From NCBI RefSeq assembly GCF_009914755.1, contig NC_060932.1: a DNA stretch of 64,000 nucleotides; one strand, 5' to 3'. Every line of letters begins with the position of its first letter. Positions within the stretch are counted from its first letter, which is position 1. Position numbers and translations under genes: made by a program. Below are positions 45,501 through 62,607 of the stretch, one piece after another. Below the pieces are notes generated by a model that did not search any database, was not told where the DNA came from, and was given only the letters and a program-made list of their open reading frames with translations. The stretch comes from the human T2T-CHM13v2.0 reference genome, Homo sapiens.

Positions 45501-47001
45501 TCAGTGAGGGTGATGACATGAGCTGGCGCTTGCCCCAGACATCCTCAGTCCTGTTGTTGGATCATCTGGTTGGGGGCTCCTGGCCCAAAGAACCTTTTTA
45601 CTCTGGAGCAGTGTGCCTTCCAGTGATTGCCTCAGCATAGTGGACATGGGAGAGGGGGCAGCTTGTTTCTCATTAAACAATCTTTTTTAAGGTGTCCTTG
45701 TAAACCACACTGATAACAAGCCTTACTGGGTGATTGGCCTGCTCCATTTTCTGTCCCTTCTGAACCACCAAGGTTTGTTTGTCTGAGGGCCATGACTAAG
45801 GCTGTGGCCTTTCTCTGATCTTGCTTTTCCTTTTGGGCCTGTTCCTGTTGGTCCCTATTATAGAACACTGAGGTTGCCTGGTTTAATAATGCCTCCAGAT
45901 TTTGTTCAGGGCCCAGGGCTCGCTTTTGGAGCTTTCTTCTGTTATCTGCAGCTGATTGGGTAATAAACTTATCTTTTAGAATCAACTGACCCTTGAGTGA
46001 GTCATGTGACAGGGGAGTATATTTTCTTAAGGCCTCCAGTAGCTGCTCGAGGAAGGCAGAAGGATTTTCTTCCTTTCCCTGAGTTATGGTAGACATCATT
46101 GAATAATTCATGGTCTTTTTCCTAATTCTCCTTAGTCCTTCTAGAACACAGGTCAACAGATGTTTGCAACTCCAGTCCCCATGATCTGAGTCGAGGTCCC
46201 AGTGGGGATCCATAATGGGGATGGCTTGCTGACCGGTAGGGAATTTGTCCCTTTCTTCAGCTGTCATTCTATCATTTACTTGACTAAGATACCAGGTATC
46301 TCCAAACTCTCGGGCTGCAGCTAAAGCCTCATTCTTTTCATTAAAGGCCAGGGTTTGACCTAACAATAGCATGACATCTCTCCAAATGATATTGAAGGTT
46401 TGCCCTAGACCCTGTAGGACATCTATATACCTATCAAGATCAACTGAAAACTTCCCCAGGTCTGCCTTCATCTGCTTTAAATCAGAGAGGGAGAAGGGGA
46501 CATGTACCGGGGTTAGGCGAAATTCCCCTCCCCCTACAGCTTGAAGGGGACATAACCGATAGCCTGGGGGGTTTTGTGGTCCTTTGGAGATTTCTTTGCT
46601 TACTTCCTTCTGGGCAAGGGAGATTAGAGGAGGCTTATCATTAACAGGAAGGGGAGCTATATAGGGAGGCTAGGATATGGGGGTAAGCTGAGAGGTCCTC
46701 CTGTGGGATGTAAATTGCAAGCTTGGTGTAGTTTTGTATTCTTCAATGAAAAGAAAGCTTGGACATAAGGTTTTCACTCTATTGCCTTCCCTCTTACAGA
46801 AAACGTCAAGCTGCAGGATAGTATTATAATTTATACTTCCCTCAGGTGGCCATTTTTCCCCATTAGAGAGAGAATATTGGGGCCAGGCCATAGTGCAGAA
46901 AAAAAGAGCCACCTCTTTTTCAGGGTTTGTGGGTCAAATTGGTCCCAATGACTGAGGATGCATTTCAAGGGTGAGCCTGTTGATGCCTGAGTGTTTCCCA
47001 T
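45500..47001 (-). pseudogene. HERV9 gag (matrix disrupted; capsid-nucleocapsid open for 279 aa at 45632..46471)
   Basis: Start MGNTQAST at 47001. Major homology region QGKEENPSAFLEQL. Zinc knuckle CYQCGLQGHLKKDC. Confidence 0.92.
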
Positions 47002-48159
47002 CTGAAAGACAAAACCACCCATGGTTTTGGTTTGTTTGTTTCTCCCCCTGCCCAAGAACCTGCAACAGTCCCTGGACCCTGCTGATTGGAATAGTTGCAC
47101 TCACTGACACAGCAGCAGAAATGCTAGTTTTCCTCCTAGACCACAAGGAGGACCAAGGATGGTAGGATTTAGAGGCCCCTACTGATGCATCCTTAAAAGC
47201 CTGCACCCTTTCCTGTCCTCCTAGACCACAAAGAGGATGAAGAAAAATTGGATTTAGTGGCTCTTATTGATGCATTCTCAAAAACCTGTTAGAGTCCTAA
47301 GCATTCTCCTGTTAGCATTGGGACTTTACTTGTGTCCTATACAGATGTTATGCCCCAAAAATGAAGTGGAGGGCCATATCCTGAGGGAGGGAAGGGATCT
47401 CCAGAGCTGGAAGAGATATGCCTTTTGTCCCCACTTATATGAATAGGAAGGATATAATTTCTGAGGCTCCCCATATCCTAGCTTCGGGAATAGCTTTTAT
47501 TAGGCCTGCTTATCTGAGGAGGGATCCTTAAATTCCAGCTAGTCCCCCCTACAATGAGGCTTTGGGCAAAAATTATATCTTTCTGATTGGTGAGCCCAGG
47601 TGCCTAAAGAAGGTAACAGAGTCCTGAAGTTTATACTAGAAATCATTCTTACAGGAGAAACTAGAAGAGCACCAGAGACAGGGAGTGGTTTTTAGAAGCA
47701 GGACTATCCTTGAAGAAGAGAGGCAAGAGGAAGTTTGTCTGACAGGCATTAGGACCCAGGAGGCAAGGGTCAGGATAGATAGGATAGATGGGCAAGTCTC
47801 GCTTGGGTGACATGACTTTGAGAGTTCTGCTCATGGCTGCAAGGTCAACCAACATCTTGTTGGGACCCTGGAGCTGAATGGCTTTCCTCTCTGCTGACCC
47901 TCAGCTCAGTCGAGAAGTACAGGAAAAGTGGAAGTTCGTTCCAGGCAAACCAACGCTCCCAACTCTGAAGAGTCGGGGGTTGTTAGAGAGCCCTTTCCCA
48001 GAAAGCCTGAAACCTGTGTCTTTAGTCCAGTGGCCGTGCTAGTTGCTTTTAACTGGCTGACAGGTGTTCAGTATTTAACCCCCGAATTCTAAGGAAAAAT
48101 AGGGCAGAATAGCAAGCAAAAGTGGTCCGATGGTACTCACTGCTTGGCGATATGTGATA

Positions 48160-48177
48160 GTCCCTTTGTGGTTGCCA
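48160..48177 (-). other. Primer-binding site for tRNA-Arg
   Basis: TGGCAACCACAAAGGGAC is the HERV9-type TGGCGACCACGAAGGGAC with two CpG-decay changes. Confidence 0.85.
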
Positions 48178-48180
48178 AAA

Positions 48181-48962
48181 TGTGTCTGGAATTGACTCCT
48201 TCCAGTGGGTTCTTGGTCTCGCTGCCTTCAAGAATGAAGCTGCGGACCCTAGCAGTGAGTGTTACAGTTCTTAAAGATGGTGTGTTTGTAGTTTGTTCCT
48301 TCAGATGTTCAGATGTGTCTGGAGTTTCTTCCTTTCAGTGGGTTTGTGTTCTTACTGACTTCAGGAGTGAAGCTGCAGACCTTCGTAGTGAGTGTTACAG
48401 TTCATAAAGGTAGTGTGGACCCAAAGAGTGAGCAGCAGCAAGATTTATTGTGATGAGCAAAAGAACAAAGCTTCCACAGCGTGGAAGGGGACCTGAGCAG
48501 GTTGTCGCTGCTGGCTCGGGTGGCCAGCTTTTACTCCCTTCTTTGGCCCTGCCCACCTCCTGCTGATTGTCCATTTTACAGAGCATTGATTGATCCATTT
48601 TACAGAGTGCTGATTGGTCCATTTTAACAGAGTGCTGACTGGTGCATTTACAAACCTTTAGCTAGACAAAGAGCGCTTATCAGTGTGTTTTTACAGAGTG
48701 CTTATTGGTGCATTTACAAACCCTTAGCTAGACACAGAGCACTTATTGGTGCATTTTTACAGAGTGCCGATTGGTGCATTTACAAACCTTTAGCTAGACA
48801 CAGAATGCTGATTGGTGCATTTTTACAGAGTGCTGATTGATGGGTTTACAAATCTTTAGCTAGACACAGAGCACTGACTGGTGTGTTTACAATCCTTTAG
48901 CTAGACTGAAAAGTTCTCCAAGTCCTCACCCAACCCAGAAGCCCAGCTGGCTTCACCTCTCA
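48181..48962 (-). mobile_element. HERV9 5' LTR12
   Basis: Begins tgagaggtgaagccagctgggcttctggg on the minus strand. Tandem CCAAT-bearing U3 repeats. AATAAA at 48449-48444. Confidence 0.95.
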
Positions 48963-49471
48963 TCATTAAATATCATTAAATAGGAGGTATTATGTAGAGT
49001 CCTTGGAAAAATCTTACCAGACTAATAATAGAATCTGAAACCACCTTAATGAGCTTAAAAGTAAATCTTGAAAAAAGTAAAAGTTAGCCATTAGGAGCTT
49101 AACTTCATGCAGGAAAAACAGTCTAACACCTTTCAAAGGAATACATTAATGTTCAGCAGTCAGCAACACAAATTTGCAATACCCAGCATTCAATGAAATG
49201 TTATGTCTAACAGAGAAGCAAAAAAGTGTGACTCATACACAAAAAATAGAATTTTTTCATAAATGACAAAAATGGTAGAATAGATGAAGACTTTCAAACA
49301 ACTATCATAAATATTATACATATGCTCAATATTTTAAAAATATGAACATGGGCTGGGTGCAGTGGCTCACACCTGTAATCCCGGCACTTTGAGAGGCCAA
49401 GGCAGGTGGATCACCTGAGGTTGGGAGTTCAAGACCAGCCTGACCAACATGGAGAAGCCCTGTCTCTACTA

Positions 49472-49630
<159 letters not shown>

Positions 49631-49646
49631 TCAAAAAAAAAAAAAA

Positions 49647-49648
<2 letters not shown>

Positions 49649-49700
<52 letters not shown>
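49649..49700. repeat. (CT)n(AT)n compound microsatellite at an Alu tail
   Basis: Read directly from the sequence. Confidence 0.95.
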
Positions 49701-49909
49701 GAATGTGATCATGAGATAAATGGAAAAAAATCCATCAAATGGAACCTCTAGTGATTAGAAAATAAAACATTTAAAATAACTAAGGAAGATTAACAACATA
49801 TTAGAAACTGTGGAAAAAATATACGGGAACTTGAAGACATGGCCATAAAAATGACCCAAAATGAAACACACAGAGAGGAAAAGAAACAATAAAAGAATGA
49901 CCTAATGCT

Positions 49910-50273
49910 GTGTCTTAGTCTGTTGTGTGCTATAACAGAATACCAATCACCAGGTAATTTATGAAGGAAAAAAGGTATTTTTCACTGTTTTGGAGGCTGG
50001 GAAGTCCAAGATGGTGGGGCCTGCATCTTGCTAGGGGCTTCATGCTGTCATAATATGGTGGAATGCATCTCATGGCTAGAGAAAGAGCAAGAGAGAGCCA
50101 AACTTACTTTTATTACAAAACCACTCTCACAATAACAAACCCACTCACATGGGATGATGATATTAATTTATTTATGAGGGCAGATCCCTCACGACCTAAT
50201 TACCTATTAAACTCAACACTGTTGCATAAGTTTTCAACATGTGAACTTTGGGGAACAAATTCAAATCATCGCA
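49910..50273 (-). mobile_element. MaLR solo LTR (MST/MLT1A-type)
   Basis: tgtgtcttagtctgttgtgtgctataacagaatacc...ggaggctgggaagtccaagatg...caaattcaaatcatcgca. Confidence 0.82.
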
Positions 50274-50714
50274 GTCATTAACCTCTAGGATAACATCAAG
50301 TAATCAAACTTGAGTAATTGGAGTCCTTGAGGCAGGGGAGGGGAAACAGGAAACATATTTGATGCAATACTGGCTGAAAATTTCCCAGCATTTGAACTGC
50401 AAACTCCACATTCCAGAACCTCAATGAGTTCCAAGAAGAATAACCACAGAGAAAAATTTTCACCTTGGCCTATCATAATCCAATTGCTGAAAACAAGTGA
50501 TAGGAAAATGTTAAAATAAGTCAAAAATGAAAATTCACCTTGCTTCCAAAATTGCAAATATAAGAATGACAGTAAATTTCTGTTTAGAAATCATGAATGC
50601 CAGAGATGGGAAAAGACAACTATATGAAATCTTAATGACTAAAAGGAAAATAACTGCCAATCTAAAATTTCACATTGCAGCCAAAGGCATCTCTTTTAAA
50701 AAGTGCACCAAAAC

Positions 50715-50880
50715 ATTTACTTTTAGGCTTGCGGGCCATATAATCTCTATTGCAACTATTCAACTCTGTCATCATAATATTTAAAAAGCCACAGACAATA
50801 CAGAAATAAATGAATGTGGCTGTGTTAACAAAAAAATACAAATAGTAGCCAAGATTTGGTCCGTGAGATGCAGTTCCCCA
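50715..50880. mobile_element. MER58A-like hAT-Charlie MITE fragment
   Basis: ttttaggcttgcgggccata...gcaactattcaactctg...agccacagacaatac...atgaatgtggctgtgtt. Confidence 0.8.
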
Positions 50881-52743
50881 ATTTTTCAATTATAAAACAG
50901 ATATTATCAAATTGAATTAAGAAAAGCAAGACAAAATTGCATGTTGTCTACAAAAAAAACCCTATTTTAAATATAAAGGCAGAGAAAGAATGAAAGTAAA
51001 AAGATGGAAAAATATACACCATGCAAACAAAAATAATGAGCAGAGGTGGCTACATTAATGGCACACAAAGTGAAATTAAAGACAAGAATATTTCAAGAAG
51101 TACTTCTGCAATAATAAAGGGATAAATTTATCAAGCAGCCATAACAATGCAAAATGTGCATGCAACTAATAACAAAGCTCCAACATGCAAGAAATGAAAA
51201 CAAACAGAACTGAAAAGAGAAATAGACAAATTCACAATTATACTTAGAGATTAATTCCCACATTCTCTCCCTGGAATTAATAGAAAAAATAGAAAAAAAT
51301 AACCAAATATGTAGAACATTTGAAAAACATTATCGGCCAGGTGGAGTGGCTCATGGCTGTAAGCCCAGCATTTTGGGAGGCTAAGGCATGTGGATCACTT
51401 GAGGTCAGGAGTTTGAGACCAGCCTGGCCAACATGGTGAAACCCCGCCTTTACTAAAAATACAAAAATTAGCTGGGCATGGTGGCAGGGGCCTGTAATCC
51501 CAGCTACTCAGGAGGTTGAGGTAGGAGGATCGCTTGAATCTGGGAGGTGGAGGTGGCAGTGAGCCGAGATCACACCACTGCTCTGTCTGGGTGACAGAGC
51601 GAGATTCCATCTCAAAAAAAAAAAAAAAAAGGAAAACATTACCAACCAACTTAAACTAAGTGGCATGGAATGAATTAACAATAAGACATTGCATGAATTC
51701 AAAAATAAACTTCTTTCTCAGTGAATAAGAGAACATATACCATGAAAGACCACGTTATGTGCCAAAAAGAAAGATTCAATATGTTTAAAAGGATTCAAAT
51801 CATACTAAGTATGTTTTCTGACTGCAATATATGAAAAAACTCAAAATATTTTAAAGAATATTTAAAAATCACACAATTCTAAATAAACTACAGCTTGAAA
51901 TAGAAATCACCAGGAAATCTGGCAACCATTTTAACTGAATAAAACTGAATATACAAGATAGCAAAATTTGAGGCATGTAGGTAAAATAGTCCTTGAAAGA
52001 AATTTAGTTTTAAATGCTTATATTAGAAAAAAAAATGCCTCAAATAAATGATCAAGATGTAGTCTTAAAAAAATAGGAAAAGAAGAGCAAAATGAAGTGA
52101 GCACAAGAAAGAAAATAGTGACAAATAAAAAGTAATAAACTAGAATGTGCTCAATAGAAAAAAAATAGTGAAACCAAAAGTTGTTTCTTCATCATGGACT
52201 TGATAAATGTTTAGCCAAATTAATTAGGGAAAAAAAAAGCAAGAAGATGCAGAATTGCCAATATCAGAAAATGGAGAAGGGACATTATTTCATATCTTAC
52301 AGATAGCAAAAAAAGATAATATATATCATAAAATGTTATGCTAATAAATGTGACAACGTAAATGTGACACCAAAAGCCACAAATTAACAAAGCCAATTCA
52401 AAAGAAAAAGATTATTTGAATAACCACTTAATAAATAAATTAAAATCAGTTCAAAATGTCAGATAGAAAACTCCAGACCCAGGTGGCTTTATGAATGAAT
52501 TCCCACATTTATGGAAGAGATAATACCAATTCTACAAAAAATCCTGACAGAAAATTATGTTAAATGGAAAATAATGGTGTGTTTTTTGTTCCCTTTGACT
52601 AATAAATTATGAATAATGTAAACGATGTTGAGGTTAAGGTGTGACTACTTTTGGCCCATGTGATACTTAATGAGAATAGGAAAAGGCACCCACTGCAAAG
52701 AACAACCATATATGGCTTCAGCATAAACAGCCCTGGAGAAAGC

Positions 52744-53045
52744 TTTTTTTTTTTTTTTTTTTTTGAAATAGACTCTTTCTCTGTTGCCCAGACTGGAGTG
52801 CAGTGGCGCAATCAGCTCACTGCAACCTACGCCTCCCCAGTTCAAGAGATTCTCCTGCCTCAGCCTCCTGAGTAGCCGGGATTACAGGTGACTGCCACCA
52901 CGCCTGGCTAATTTTTTGTATTTTTAGTAGAGACGGGGTTCCACCATGTTAGCCAGGCTGGTCTGGAAATCCTGACCTCAGGTGATCCACCCACCTAGGC
53001 CTTCCAAAGTGCTAGGATTGCAGGCGTGAGCCACCGCACCCGGCT
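52744..53045 (-). mobile_element. AluS
   Basis: Reverse-orientation Alu flanked by gaaagc. Confidence 0.94.
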
Positions 53046-54025
53046 GAAAGCATTTTTTAAATGGATAATTTGTCCAATGGACTTTCCACAAATTCCGTGT
53101 TCACACTATTAATAGGAACAAGGTTATTTGTATTGAATGTTGCAATACAACAGACAGACAAATTCTCAGACAGACAAATTCTGTCTGAGACTCTGTACAA
53201 AGTTCTAACAGTATTGTACAGTTGTAGAGTTGTAAAGTTGTAACAGAGTTGTACAGTCCTATACTGTTGAAAAGTCTGTACAGGAAGCTCCAACAGATGC
53301 AGCATTAGCATTTTCTCTGAAACTTATGATAATATGTTATTTGCACTTTTTAAAACTTTTTGTAACAAATTTTTTGTAATAGCTTCTTCCATGATTTCAT
53401 AATTTAGCCAGTATTCATCAAATGATGTGTCAAGATCAACTATAGAACTCAAAAATCAGAAAGAAGTGTTTGAAGCATCAGTACAATGGAACAAAATAGA
53501 AAACCTTAATAATGTATGTAAACTAAGGTTTACAATCACCACAGTGGTAAAGCAAATGTTAAACATTTTTGTCTGTGAATATCAACTTTTCCATGCTGGG
53601 TCAAAAGTTTAGGATCATTTTCAATTTGTCTACCTGTGAGGTGCTCATCATATAATTTTGAAATACAGACAAGTAATGCTAATCTCTGAATTTCAAGAGT
53701 TAGGAATTTTTATTAATTTTTGTCAATAATTCATACTTTCAAAATTCTTGCCAAACTTCTTCTTTAATGTATGGGCAATATAGTTTGAGACATTCATTGA
53801 ATTGCTGGGTAGATTCAAATCATACATAGTATAATACTTTGTGGTTTCAGAATCTCCATTACAAAACAAAACTGCCCATCATCTTTTAAAAGAGGTCCTT
53901 ACAGACTGCATAATGAAAACGTTTACATTTGTATATTTGCTGAAAATAAGTTAAAACACTGTCCATAATATATCATTTCTTTTTAGTAAGCTTCTCACTA
54001 TAGTGTTTGCTCTTAAACATGCTTT

Positions 54026-55152
<1,127 letters not shown>

Positions 55153-55420
55153 TCATGCATAAACAAGAAAACATTTGGGTTCATTGCTGATGCTCTGTAA
55201 CAAATTGGTCCCCCACTCATCAGGTGTGGCTAGAATAAAATAATACCACGCTTGTATTCCTCAAAAAAAACTACTTTTCTGAATCTTTTTCTGAATGGTA
55301 AAATCCCATGACCTGTGAAGATCAAATCCAGCCAGACATCAGGTACAATGGGGTTTCATTCTGCTCTAAGAAAAAAAATGGGGCTGCTAAGGAGCATGTT
55401 AGCTTCAATGTAGTCAGAAT

Positions 55421-55435
55421 CCACAAGATGGCGCT
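55421..55435 (+). promoter_or_regulatory. Candidate CTCF site overlapping a YY1 motif
   Basis: CCACAAGATGGCGCT fits the CTCF core CCACNAGRKGGCRS. AAGATGGCG is the YY1 core. The CpG is retained in non-repetitive-looking DNA. Confidence 0.65.
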
Positions 55436-57760
55436 TGAGTCTAAAGAACAGGTCTTAGTGTCCTTGTGTCCTTCAAACCAGGCCTCCAAAAATCTTTCCT
55501 ACTGGGACAGTGCATTTTTAGCACTTCATTACTATTAAGCTCTATTTATCTCAATTAAATTAGAAAAAAAAATCTGGATATTTTGCAGCATCTATCTTGG
55601 GATAGATTCCCACCAAATTTATGAGAGATTTTTAGGTTTATGAAGAAAAAAAAAAACCAAGATGATATTCATCATCAGGGATTTCGGAAATGCTTAACGT
55701 AAGTCCTTACTCTTTCATGACACACCTTCCTATCAGTACTTTTGTTCCTCAACTCTTATATCGGATAATTCCAAATCCTAATGGACCCTTCACTGTTCTC
55801 AGAGTTCTCACCCAAAGAACTGCTTTCAAGTATTTTTGACACTGGAGATACGTGCTTCAGAGTGATCAAAACTACTCATTGTACATTGGGAAGATTGGGG
55901 TGATCAGGGTGGTTCTGTAATACATTTCCCAAGGAAGGAAGGGAGGAGCAGGCATGAGTCTCTTTTACAGGGTCTCAGGAGTCAGAGACAGTGATCAGGT
56001 AGCACTAGATCTTCAAAAACATTGAGGATGGTAGCTACATTAACCATTTCTGGAAGCTCTACTTAATTAATCATGGGGTTCACTTGGAACGATTATGTTG
56101 AATATTATCCTCCCTATCACAAAGGATATCACAGTCTGACTTCACTTTGAGTTTATAAGCAGCTTAATGTTTTTACCTCCAGCCTTAAATAGCCTGACGA
56201 TTTCAATCTGTAGTCTTTTATTAGCTTTCTATGTATTGCTATCACGACTGCAATTTAAAAGATACATTTTTACATATATTTATAGACATGGCTAAGGATA
56301 TAGGCATAGATATATGTATAATAAATAAATTCATATTATCCACTTCAAATTTGAAACCATGTAATTTTCCTTCTGACCAAGGCTCGTTCAGACAAGTGGG
56401 ACAAGATCCATTTGCAGCTATGTTCCTGTGACCCATTTCACCAGGTAAAGTTTGTGTCTGTAAGCCACTCCATGTTATGTGCTCTCTCAAATTCACAGAG
56501 AGGATTTGGGAGCATTATTGGGCTCTCAGAATTTTTAGTTTTTTGAAAAGGAAAGGTTTAAGGGGCAAGTTTTATTTGGTCTGTGGTTTCCATCAGGACT
56601 TGGATTGTCCAAGCTCATGCAAAATCTCTGTGGCTGATAAAATTCTTTAGCCTCAGGATCAGACTATTTTCCTAACAAGTCCTGGGTAAAATTGTTTTAC
56701 TCTCCTCTGAACTGATAACAGGTAAGGGATTATGACATATTAGTGAGGTTACTGAGTGCCCCAACACTTGATGGTCACTGGTATACCAAATGTTCTACAA
56801 AAAATAAATAGGGTATTGTTTTAAAACTCACTCCCCTAAATTAATAGGAATGATAGACTAGGTAGATTTCCATGCTTTCCTACTCCCTGGTGGTTCAAAA
56901 ACTCCTGAATTAGTCATGTGGCAAAACTGAAGATTATTATGCCCTACTTGCCATCTGGCATGTTAAACTTACATAAGTTCTCTAAGTTATTAATATTTAT
57001 AAAAATATTTTGCATAATTTGACCTGCTAAACAATAGGAGACTCTTCCCCAGACAATACCAGCAATAATCTATTCCCTCATTTAGAAAAGTGCATATATG
57101 CAAATGACTGTGGCTATTGTTAATTGTCGTTTAACAAGGTATATAGGCCTCTTTTTCATTAGCCAGCACAGCTGCCCCCAGAGAGAATTTTACTTACCTG
57201 TTTGCACAGGTAAGTTACTTATTTGCACAGGTAATTATTTTCATAGTTACTTATTTGCACAAGTGACTTATCTATTTGCACAAGTAAGTTAAGTTTATAA
57301 AAATGAATTGAGATCTACGTTATACTAGGTGTACTTTTCTGTATGCATATTTTACTCTAAGAAAAAACATAGTGTGGAGATGTGGAAATGTTTAAAAAAT
57401 GCTGGGGAGAATAATTGTATATGATCAATTTGAAAGGTGATTCTGAAACATCTGGTATAGCTTAAGATATTCATACCAAAACCCAGGAATTCCCCTTTTT
57501 TGGAAGTAAACCGTAAGAGTTTTATTCATACATTTTGACCACAGCCCTCATAAGTAAAAATATCTTACGTGGGCCCCAGTACATGCCCATACACATTTGC
57601 ACATTAGTAAATCAAAAGCTCTATTAAATTATAGTTACCTTTGTATGTCTGGTACACCTTGAAATTTTGTATTGTATTCTATTCCATTGAGCTCTTCAAA
57701 AAGATGTTTGTCTCAATATACTGTAGGAATTTTATTATTTATTAATGGGTCTCAACCATC

Positions 57761-58840
<1,080 letters not shown>

Positions 58841-59354
58841 CCTCTAGTTGGACAAAATTCATGGTTTGGAAAACATTGCTGTAAACATGTGTATATTTAC
58901 TTCAGCATTATTAATAGGAACAAAAAAGTAGAACCACATAAATGTTTGAATATAGATATAATATATTCATGCAATGAAATAAATTCAAAAATAAAAATGA
59001 ATGCTTTGGAGTTACATTCATTAACTTGAAACATAATACTGAATGAAAAATATACCCAGAGAATATATATTTGAAATCTGTAAAACAATACTATATAGTT
59101 TTTATAGATTCATATCTGCAGTAGCAAGAGAATAAAATTATGTATGGGAATAAGACATTGAAATCACAATAATGCTTTCTTTTATGGAGCAAGGGAGATG
59201 CATGGGGCTTCAGTTGTGATTGTAATGATTTGTCTCTAATAGATCTGCAGTGTTCTGAAAGTGTGTAATGTTTCATGTCTTAAAAATATATCTGAAGCCA
59301 TATGACATTCTATTTTTGCTATTCTATATTGTTCTTTTTGCTAATTTGAAACTA

Positions 59355-59753
<399 letters not shown>

Positions 59754-59825
59754 TTAAATGGGTACCAGAAATATCATGAGCATTAAGAATTACCATAAAG
59801 CTTCGGAACATGGTTCTAGACAAGT

Positions 59826-60165
<340 letters not shown>

Positions 60166-60556
60166 TGAAAACAACTTTTTGTTGGTTTAGTAATATCCAT
60201 CCCATCCGCCATCGGTGCATTCCAGGAGGGATTTATTTATTCTCATTTATTGGAATTAATGCAAGCATGGACTCATATAGTAAAAAGTGCTAAGGAATCA
60301 TAACCCACAACCATGATTCTCACTCAGCTTGTTCTTCAGAAAGGCAACAATCAAGAAGAGAAGGGAATTTGCTAGCATCCGTGGGATGAGAATGGGGAGG
60401 AATTATTTGTTCCAGCAACACAGTCTCATCTGGCCCTACCTAAGTTTAATCTCAAGAAGTTTCTTATTACTAGATCCTCTTTTACAGGTAAGGATAAAAG
60501 GATTAGAATGTCTCAGTCCCAGGAAAATATAAGGGAAAAAACATTTAGAAGTTTTA

Positions 60557-62607
<2,051 letters not shown>

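Larger units (their letters stand above)
33390..48962 (-). mobile_element. Full-length HERV9 (LTR12) provirus
   Basis: 4-bp TSD tcat (33386-33389 and 48963-48966). Two LTR12s, Arg PBS, gag-pro-pol-env, and a PPT at ~39851-39861. Confidence 0.95.

Noticed and set aside
48560-48905. Regularly spaced repeats resembling a CRISPR array (also 39580-39790 and 29780-29945)
   Set aside because: These are the intrinsic tandem repeats of LTR12 U3 and MER11A. There are no unique spacers or cas genes, and the DNA is primate.
33390-48962. HERV-W/HERV17 as the identity of the large provirus
   Set aside because: The LTR starts tgagaggtgaagccagctgg with CCAAT repeats (LTR12), and the PBS is Arg-type rather than Trp.
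56758-56782. Second CTCF-like motif caacacttgatggtcactg
   Set aside because: Too many mismatches at core positions.
55600-57100. Interferon-responsive GAS/ISRE elements expected near IDO1
   Set aside because: The candidates I saw (ttcggaa, ttctggaa, ttcccaaggaa) have the wrong spacing for TTCN3GAA, and I found no convincing ISRE.
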